The position numbers were made by a program, and so were the translations under genes. A DNA stretch of 64,000 nucleotides, from the NCBI RefSeq assembly GCF_009914755.1, contig NC_060932.1; one strand, written 5' to 3'. Of this stretch, positions 54,803 to 64,000 are shown piece after piece (the stretch's first letter is position 1; each line of letters starts with the position of its first letter). The notes under the pieces are model-generated. The model was not told the DNA's origin, made no database searches, and saw only the letters and a program-made list of their open reading frames with translations. The DNA comes from the human T2T-CHM13v2.0 reference genome, Homo sapiens.

Positions 54803-56436
54803 ACCATTGATATAAAAAAAGTTATTATTTTGTTTTGGAACTAGAAGCACATAAACCAGCAACAAAACCACTGAATACTCCGGAAAGGGATGTGCTGAAA
54901 GGTAAGGATCCAAGGGCTGTTGGGAAGATGTACAAAAGCCAAACTCTCCTGACTTCATGATTATTCCCTGGTCCAACACTGACTCTCAAAATTCCCAAAT
55001 CACAGTATTCTGAGGAGGCTTATCAGCCTTTTCAATGTATGCAGAATATAAGAAGCTTGCCATTCTCCATTATTCAACCACTTACACTTGTTGTTAATTC
55101 AATATTCAAGTGAGACTTCATTTAATGTACAAATTTTATTTCACGAATTACTCATTCTCAGAAATGCTTTTCTATTCTTTTAAATTGTTCTACTTCATGA
55201 CTATAGTTGATCAAACCAGGATTTGAAAATGTCACCTCAAATTTTATCTGTCATGATATCAAGAGTTGAGGTTTCTTATATAATAATGTTCAAATTACCC
55301 TTAATAAATTACTAATGTTTATGGTAATTTAGAGCTAAACAGTAGTGACAAAGATAACCTGATACTCTCCTATATACCAAAATTATCTTCTAAGTTTAAT
55401 AATGAGGTAAGTATTTCCTTCTAAGAAATTGCCATAGATTTAAATCTAAATGATAACTTCTAAATTACCAATTTTGAACTCAGGCTTTTATCTTAAAGGC
55501 AAGATTTATATATCCAATTAGTTATTAGATATTTTCATTTTGATGACTCACCAGAACTCGACACATCCAACATTTAGTTTATCATTGACCCTTAAAACCC
55601 TCTCTTTATTTTATTCTACTAGTGAATGGACCCACTGTGAGAGGCAGATTTTCTATGAAGCTAAATAAATCTAAACCTCTGGACCCCACACTTATATGAG
55701 GTCTTTTTAATGCTCTAATCTTGTATTATATTTCATCATTAAAATGCTTGTCCATTTTCGACAGCCAATAAAAGGTGAGCATTCTCTTAAGCATGTGATA
55801 GAGTTTTATCATTATGAACTAGTTTAGCTTTAACAGAAAACTGGTCCTTCTGAATAACATTTACTTTAAAGAGAGGCTATGGGTTACTATTTTGGAATAA
55901 AAGCCATCATTTTTACTAATGTTTTACAACTTTTTACTTTATTGTTACAAATAAATCTACTGACCAACTCACCTCACTCAGGTACCTAAGTGTCAAGGGT
56001 ATACATGGAAGTTATTAACACATTATTCAAATCTAAAGGCTTCGTGAGTGCTTCATTGATGTTTTTGAATGGTGTAAGAGAGTAATTTGACATACCTTCT
56101 TTAAATTTTTTAAGGCTAAAGATTTGTCATGTCATATCATTTAGACTTTTGTGTTAGAACAAATGTGTATTTTCTCAGTGATGTCTTGGTTCTACCTGAT
56201 TTTATTCCTTTGGCTTATTTCCGGATAGAAAAGGAGTCCCTTGATATACAAGTACTGTCCTAGGTAAGCTTTCCAGTGTTCTCAAAAGGGCATCAATTTC
56301 ACCTGCAGTTTCATTATGGACTTTAACCTCAACTGGAAAAAATGAATGGCTGCCCTGCAGATACTTTCCAAAGAGTATAATTCTAAACTCATACTACCTA
56401 ATACATAGCAAAGCCTTGATTGTGGGAAATAATATT

Positions 56437-56561
56437 TCTTTTTTTATTATACTTTAAGATCTAGGGTACATGTGCACAAAGTTCAGGTTTGTTACATATG
56501 TATACATGTGCCATGTTGGTGTGCTGTACTCATTAACTTGTCATTTACATTAGGTATTTCT
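56437..56561 (-). mobile_element. Primate L1PA extreme 3' end, strongly 5'-truncated
   Basis: ttttattatactttaagatctagggtacatgtgcacaa...tatacatgtgccatgttggtgtgctg...tttacattaggtatttct. Confidence 0.95.
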
Positions 56562-57044
56562 ATAAGAATCAATGAAGATTATGCTGTCCATCCATTCTCC
56601 TAGATTTTCTTCAAGCTACTTTTAGATCATGCTAGACTATCAGAGAACTGAGTACATAGCAAATAATCCACTGTTATTAGGTTTGCTTTTTAGAATGACA
56701 TTTTTATCCTAAATTTAGAGACACTTCTATGAAAATTCTTATTTGGTTCACTCTAAGGATACTTACAGCAATGCTGCTCATTCTGTTAGACTGAGGGTTG
56801 TCTAGATTTCCTCCCTTCCTGCTCAAGGGGGCAGGTTTTTATAGGCTTCAGAATAATTCAAAAGTTTGATTTTATTGCTTTCTTTTCAGGGGGAATGCTT
56901 GTGGTTGAAACATTGATCTCTCTTACAGATTACATGGCTGGGGGATCCTGTAGGTCTATTCTATACTGGTCTGCTTTTTCACAGCATTTATCTCATTATT
57001 GGAGGGAGAATACTCTAGTTCATAATAACTATCTATTCTCATCC

Positions 57045-57175
57045 TTCCATTCATTCATTTATTGAGGAAATATTTACAGAACCTTCCCTATGTGCTTGTC
57101 ACATTTCAAGTCATTGAAGATACAGCAGGAAAAAATTCCCTAAATGCCTGGATCTTACATTCTAATGAAGTATAA
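57045..57175 (-). mobile_element. L2 tail
   Basis: cattcattcatttattgaggaaatatttac...ggatcttacattctaat. Confidence 0.75.
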
Positions 57176-57599
57176 GATTGGTCCTGGCTTCCTTTAAATG
57201 AGAGTCTTCAGTAGATATTCTTTCAAATCTTGATTCCAGGAATAATTCCATCTTGATCGGGTTGTTTACCCTCTGGATAAACAAATTACTGGCTCATAGG
57301 AAACCTACAGCCAAATTTGTGTACCCTTAGCTGTTGATTATAAGTGCATGGTATACTTTTTTGTGTTCTATCTTATTTGGGGTTCCATTTATTCCCTCTG
57401 CTTTATTTTTTAACATTGCTTATAACTTGTTGTGTCACTGTGCTGTATATGTCTTGGTAAGCATCTAAAATCATTTTTGAGCACAACATTGAATATAAAT
57501 CATAAAGCATACAAACAAATAAAAAATACTCTTATCTTTTTCCACTGTCCTCCAAGTTTCTCTTATTAATTCTCCTTACTAGAAGCAACTTTCTAAAAA

Positions 57600-58110
57600 G
57601 CCACTTCCATCATATTATAAAATTTCTCATACATTTGTTGGCTCCCCAGATAGACCCTTCATAATCTGTTCTTGTTCAGCTACCTGAATTTGGCTATTTT
57701 CCTCCCCACAGCATACGTCCTTACTTTACTGAGTAATTTGCAGATTCCCACAAGTGTTTTGCTCTCTCTCACCCCTAAGCTTTTGGATTTGCTGTTTCCT
57801 TTGTTAAAAAGCCCATCCCATCCACACCCTCTCACCTGGCTTGCTCCCATTCAATTGATGTCATCTTCTCTGGGAAGCCTTACCCACTGCCTTAGGCTTA
57901 GTTGGGTGCCCCTCCTTTGGGTTGCCATAGTATCCTCTGCTTATGTCTACCCTGTACTTATCACTGTATTATAAGTGTTAATTTGCCTGTTCTTGTCTGT
58001 CCCTAGACTGTGACCTTCTTCAGGGAGGGAGCTCTCTTTCATCTGTATGTCCCCAGGGCCTAGCCGGGTGCCCCATAGAAAGTGTTTAGGGCAGATTTGC
58101 TTGGATGACT
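57600..58110 (+). mobile_element. L2 3' fragment
   Basis: atgtcatcttctctgggaagcctt...ctagactgtgacctt...tgtccccagggcctagc. Confidence 0.82.
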
Positions 58111-58824
58111 CAGTGAAGGAGAGACATATTTCCAAAGGTTGCCTAGAAAACAAGCTCACTTCCTAAAGTGGTTCTTATCTCCCCACAGTTTCAAAATGGT
58201 TTATGATTTGCTTCTACCTTTGCAGTCAATGACTGCACCCCTCATAGTTCCACCTTTTGGAAGCTGGCTCAAAGAAGACAAAAGAGGACCCCAAGGAGAA
58301 TTTAGCTAGTTCTTTTTTCAGATTATGATCACATTAACTAGCACTAAGCCTAGCACACAACAGATGCTCCATAAATATGGGTAAAATAAGTATTAGTTAA
58401 ATAAATGACTCACTAATTGAATGAATGAAAGTAGAATTTTTGCTCACATAGTATAGTTGCCTTTATAGTAAGCAGAACTGATTGTTGTCTGGTGCTGGGA
58501 AACCTCTACTTGACCTCCTACACCATTGTTAATGATTGACACATTGGGGTTAAGAATTAAGAATAAAGACTGCGGTGATGGTATAACGCTGAGTGGCCTT
58601 AGTGAATAAAATTATCTGATTATTTTGTGTGTGAGTTCAGGGCACACACAATTGGATTGCCATGGGGGAACTGAGGGCAGCGTTGAGAAATGTGAAGGAG
58701 GAATCTGAAGTAGCACAAACACAGGGACAGCGAAGGATAACCCTGAACCAAATTTTAACATCTTTGCCTAAAACATGCTCTGCCAACTCAATGCGTCACT
58801 ATTTCCTTCTTGCTTTCCCTGCGT

Positions 58825-59030
58825 GCTTCCTCCAACAAATATTTACTAAGGATTTGTCATACGTCAGGTACCTTGGAGATGCAAGAGGTAGAATGGAGAG
58901 CAAAATAAAGGCAACTACTTTTTCACAGAGTTTGCAGTCTAGTGTGGAAGACTGATAATACAGTAAGTAGAAACACAAATTATAATGAATGCTATGAAAG
59001 GGCGATTTTCAGAAGTATGAGAGCATATTA
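58825..59030 (-). mobile_element. L2 tail
   Basis: caacaaatatttactaagg...cagagtttgcagtctagtgtggaagac. Confidence 0.75.
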
Positions 59031-60124
59031 CAAAATATTTTATTGGTTTTCAGAACTTCTTTGGTTCCATGGTAGGCTGTTCAAGGTTTTGTAGCCACAT
59101 GGTAGTGGTTTGAGTAGGGGTCCTTGAAAAAGTTCTTGTGTTTTGTAGAAGGTTGGGGCTAAGGTTGGAGCTAAGTAAACAAATCTTCTATTGACTGAAA
59201 TGTGTTGGCTCCCCTTAAGATTCCTCAGGCTGCCTAGACTCAACCATTGCTCATTGACAAAGAGTGTCAATATTTCTCACGTTATTAAATTGCTTGGCTT
59301 GTACACATGAAAACATTTGATCTCAGGAAATACCCCAGATACCACATTTCCCTTTTTAGATGTGAGAATAAAGGCAGATTAATGTGAAAATACAGAATTC
59401 ATTTTTAAATTATCTATTTGGGTACCTGATAATAGCATGACCAAAACATAAATAGTATGCTGAGTATTTATCAAACCAACCCAAACTATTCAAATTGAGC
59501 GGTCACTTCTGGAAACCCCAACATGATTGAAGTAATTCTTGGAAGCTCAAAACTTGATCAAATGACTTACTATCGGTTTAAGCTTTTCATGAATCAGTTG
59601 TGGGTGGGTAAAAACAGGTTTATCAAGATTATGAAACCTGTTTTTTTTTTCTTTGTTGAAAACGTACTCAGTCTGAGACAAAGTGATACATTCTCTGAAT
59701 AGAATGAGCATAAAATTTGGCTTTGGTTGCCAAATTATTATTTTATCAACAACTATTATGTATATTCCTATAAAATGTGAAATTAAGTACAGTATCACCT
59801 AAATAGGTCCCATCAGTGTTTTATATTCTTCTTAGTACTATGTCTGTAACAGCACAGGAATTGACTAATTTGGTAAGTTAGGTCAATTGCTAACACTCAG
59901 AAACAAATAAACTAAGTAGTTAAGTAAATGAAGATATAATTACTTCTATAGCATTGCATTGCAAGAAACTGAGGTGTTTGACTAAAATTTTAATTTTCAA
60001 AAGATGGAATCCTGAAGCGGAGATATAATCCAAGTGCCTGGATGTTGGCACAAGCCACTATAAAAAGGAGACTTCATTCCTTACCTACTGCTTGTGAACT
60101 ATTTTATATGAAGATTTAATAATA

Positions 60125-60520
60125 AATAAATATTTGTAAAATTGAAATACTGCAATATGAATGGTATAAAGAAATCATAAGACAGTTTGCCTACTGTCTG
60201 GCTAGGCAAACAAGTCATTAAAAAAACACATGAAAATCTAATTAATACAACCAGGTAAAAAATGATAAATTCCAAATGAGTATTATGGTCAGTTAGTATT
60301 GGTTGAGTTCCGAGGAGGGAAAAAGAGAGAAGAATATTTGGGCCTGTCTGCTCAGAATTCAAAAAATTAATAGATGAGGCAGAGGGCATTTTGAGCAGGA
60401 GAGCAGGGCCTAAAAATGCCAATGTGTTTGAGAGATTGAGGGTAATTAGTTAATCTGGAGTGGAGATTTTGTTTTTTTGTTTTTGAGAGTAATGAAAAAA
60501 ATGCCAGGAGAAATTGTAGG
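60125..60520 (-). mobile_element. L2 fragment
   Basis: Purine-rich antisense L2 pattern (tactgtctggctagg...tagatgaggcagagggcatttt). Confidence 0.55.
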
Positions 60521-60829
60521 TTGATTTCAAGATATAGAGATTAGCATTCCTTCCCGAATAACAAAAGACAGTGATTTATTTAGAGGCCAGCCGAAAGGTA
60601 AAATATTGGGCAACCTCAAATGCTGTTTAGAAACATGTGAGTTTCTAAACTAATACAAAAAAAATAAATTTTTTTACACATAAAAATACATCCAATAGCC
60701 CTGATTTTTCAAAAACTCATTTCAATTGTGTTTAAAAAAAATGTTGTTTTGATTTTTTTCAGAAAATAAGTATCCAAAAGTGCTATTTCCTGGACTCCGT
60801 ATTATATAATTCACATATTTTGTTTCAGT

Positions 60830-61030
60830 TAGTCCTTACAACGATCCAATGAAAACACAGTATCTTACTTAACTCTCAAAACAAGTCTGTCAGATAGAAG
60901 ATATCATCATCCTCATTTAAGAGATGAAGGAATTGAACATCAGAGAGGTTTTGCAACTGCTCAAAATCATACACAGATCAAAGTCTTGGGTCTGGGCCAA
61001 GCTTGACTCCAAATCTTACGCTGGAACCAC
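60830..61030 (-). mobile_element. MIR
   Basis: atcctcatttaagagatgaaggaattgaa.atcagagaggtt...tgactccaaatc. Confidence 0.78.
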
Positions 61031-61364
61031 AATGCTGGCTTTAAATATAGATAGCACCAATCAACTGTGTAGGACATTCATTGCCCCAAACCCAGACCAA
61101 TGCCAGGTACTATGTCAATACTTCAAAATGTTGTGTCTGTTTGAATCAATTATTTCAAGATAACATATTTTCATTGTGCAGAATCAGGTTATCAAGTTTC
61201 AGGGAACAAAATAAATAATGAAACCCAGAGACACCAAATGTTTTGGTTTTTCAATGCTAGTGGATTACGTTGGTTGTCCACAATTAGAGAGGTTTCAAAT
61301 ATTAATATAGAAAATGTGAAATGATTCCTCGCTCTTTCTAAAACTCCTCTCAGGCTTCTGCTTC

Positions 61365-61615
61365 TAGTTTAGTGGTTAAGGGTATAAGTCTGCAAGCTAG
61401 ATAGATATGGTTGCACCCAGCTTTGCTCCTCTTTCTAGGTGACTAAGGGAGAATCTTTTTTACTTCTCCACATCTCAGTTTCTTCTTCTGTAGAATGGGA
61501 TTAATACAATTTACTTTAGAGCACTGATGTGAGAAGGAAATGTAAAGATGTATAGAAAGTACTTTATACAGTGCCTGGCACAGAATTAATACTCAATAAA
61601 TGGTAGTGATTATTA
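61365..61615 (+). mobile_element. MIR
   Basis: tagtggttaagggta...tctcagtttcttcttctgtagaatggga...acagtgcctggcacag...ctcaataaatggtag. Confidence 0.9.
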
Positions 61616-62123
61616 GTCATTTTGGGCAAACGGCATTGTTCCTATGAGGAAAGAACTGTTCAAAGGGAACAATGAAATCAGAGTGGATTTCCTGTTCTCT
61701 GCCTTTTAAGCTTTTCATCAAAGGCAACACAATGCAGCAGAGGCTCTGAGAACAAGCTCAAGATTGAAGCCTCCTTCTCTGATTAATGCAGTGCTTTCAG
61801 CACGAGCAAATAATGTGAAGAAGGTTAAATTCATGCATGGTTTAACTTGAACCAAAGTGGTCAAGGATCGTCACAGGCTCTGTGGAACTGAATAATTCCG
61901 GCAAGGATTGGTTAACCCCGGAACGTAGCCAAAAACAAATTTAGAGACAAAGTGTCATGAAGAAAATGGTAAAGTTTTGGCATTATGATGCCACCAGTAG
62001 CATATAAACTCATCTGATAATTCAGCTTACTTATTTAGGAATGATGACTTATACATTTAACAATTTTCTTTTCACCTCTGGAAAATCATCAGCCTAGCAA
62101 TAGAATAAGTTATTCCCTCCCTG

Positions 62124-62125
<2 letters not shown>

Positions 62126-62174
<49 letters not shown>
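62126..62174. repeat. (TA)n microsatellite, ~24 units
   Basis: Read directly. Confidence 0.98.
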
Positions 62175-62178
<4 letters not shown>

Positions 62179-62299
62179 CAGGAGAGCAGGTCCCAAAAAT
62201 GCCCATGTGTATATATCTATAGATATGTATAGATATATAGACAGGGGATCAGAGATAAGGGTAATGAGAGGGATAGTTCTGTATACAAATATGTGATAA

Positions 62300-62690
62300 T
62301 ATCATATATTCTTGTATCACCTTAGAAATCAGTAAGTGCATTAAAATACATTATCTTACTATATTATCACAGATCAAGGGAAGAAAATGAGGCCAATAGA
62401 GGTTACAGACTTGTTCAAGGGTACACATCAAACCTAGTGAAAAAAACCTCCATTAAAAGCCTGACCTTGAACTTAGGTTCAGCTAATTTTGCATCATATT
62501 ACAGTGCCTGAGCAGTGACTCTTACTAACTTTTATGTAGTGCTTCACACACTATAAGCCATTCTGTGTACATATTCCAACCTAATTCTCACATTATTATA
62601 GAAGCAGAGTAAGTCTTTTCCTCACTTTAAGGACCAGGAAATAACATCAGATTGAAAGGCAAAGATTTGCACTTTATGGCTTTAAATACC
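62300..62690 (-). mobile_element. Two degenerate MIR fragments
   Basis: aagaaaatgaggccaatagaggttacagacttgttcaagggtacac and cctaattctcaca...ctcactttaaggaccaggaaa. Confidence 0.6.
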
Positions 62691-62694
62691 ACGC

Positions 62695-63180
62695 ATTTAC
62701 TAATTCAGCATATATCACTGAATACCTCTTACATAGCAGGAACTTCTCTAGATAATGAAAGTAGGTGGGGAATATGACAAATTCTTTGCCTTATGGAGCT
62801 CAGATGCTAGTCGGAGAGATGAACAATAAGCAAATTAACCAATAAAAATATTAGTTAATGTCAGACAAGGTAAGTAGCATCAAGACAAAGAAAAGGGCAT
62901 GATGGGTACAGAGAAGGGGTTATTTTTGGTAGAGTGAAAGTAAGGCTTTTTAAAGCTGAAACATTTGAATAGAGACCTGAATGAAGTGACCAGCAAGCCA
63001 GAAGAACAAGCGAGGCTTTCCAGGAAAGGGAAAGTCAAGGTCAAAGGCACTCCAGCTTGGTGTGCTGGAGAAACCACAAGATGACCAGGCAAGAGAAGGC
63101 TTTGTCTGAATACGAGGTGATGAGTTTGGAGTGATAGGCAAAGCATTGGAACAGGTAGGGCTTTGTCATAGTGCATCATG
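62695..63180 (-). mobile_element. L2 3' fragment
   Basis: tgccttatggagctcagatgctag, acatttgaatagagacctgaatgaagtga, aggtagggctttg. Confidence 0.85.
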
Positions 63181-64000
63181 ACTTTTTTAAAACAGATCTC
63201 ACTGGGTTGGAAAAAAATAACTCAAGCATGATGGTCATAAGCCCTTGCACATTTCCTTTTACTATCAATTCATTTATCTTTCTGTCCTTGACATAATTCT
63301 TCCAAGCCACTTCCACTTTTACCAGCTTCTCGCATATCATTGAGGGCCAGCTGAGCAGTGATTTCAGTATCATGACTATTTTAATGTTGTGTGTAGCCAT
63401 CTCATAAGCAGGAGGTCATGTCTCTTGTATTTTGACTTTGTAGTTACTTGTCATGAGCAAATAGTTTTAAAGAACTGGGGGACCTGAATTTAGTATCCCC
63501 AAAGTTCTTCCAAGCTAAGTGTATAACACAAAACAAAGTAGAATCTATGAAAATAAAGACATTTAACAGTGCCAGAGGAAAAGCACTCCCGTAGTATAAC
63601 TGCAGTTATACTATGCATTTATATAGATTCATTGGAAATCAAGTTTTCAAGAGAAATTGCTGGTGATATCAACTTGATTATTTTGCCAACATGGAGAAGC
63701 CAGACAAGAAACTGAGAATCAAGGTTATATAATGGGACCATCAATTTATCTTGTAAATTTTTAACTGTTACGTATTAACTATTACATGTTAACAGTTTAA
63801 CCTCTTATGTATTTCTTTTAAGCTTTGTTTTATCTCCAGCATTTGTATAGCAAATGTCAAAGTAGCAAAGGCTCTCTCTATTAGCTAGCTCTGATTAAAA
63901 CACAACTACTAACAAGGAGTGTATTGGGTAATGTCAAATAAATGTCTTAGTGTCTTTACCATATAATTAGTGAGTTTCTAACCTAACTTATTAAGAAGCC

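Noticed and set aside
59040-59270. Strand-skewed G/T-rich patch resembling a NUMT or processed pseudogene
   Set aside because: No match to mitochondrial genes or proteins I can recognise, and no poly(A) tail or TSD.

Overview
This is AT-rich, CpG-depleted primate genomic DNA, very probably human (AluS/AluY, THE1 and a HERV-H LTR7C are present). It looks intronic or intergenic. I recognise no protein-coding exon, rRNA, tRNA, CRISPR array or CpG island, and the ORF track is explained by microsatellites, decayed transposons and chance. Much of the window is interspersed repeat: many L2 and MIR fragments, old L1 3' ends, a ~1.2-kb CR1/L3 fossil, five Alus, a two-LTR THE1 element, a solo LTR7C with a perfect 5-bp TSD, MER21C nested in MER82, MST/MLT LTRs, Tigger3, MER5A/MER20/MER33 and a pogo/Tc2-type transposase relic. 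The most interesting non-repeat part is ~16.7-24.9 kb. It is repeat-poor, retains CpGs, and holds a compact hairpin cluster (17.30-17.42 kb), a TCF/E-box motif cluster and strong minus-strand splice signals, so it may be regulatory or part of a lncRNA. The best structural oddities are an Alu with an inverted left arm inside one TSD (twin-priming-like, self-hairpinning), a 134-bp 91%-identical local duplication, and THE1 LTRs that disagree at subfamily-type blocks. I found no convincing new biological system. Repeat names come from recalled consensus sequences, and boundaries of old repeats are approximate.
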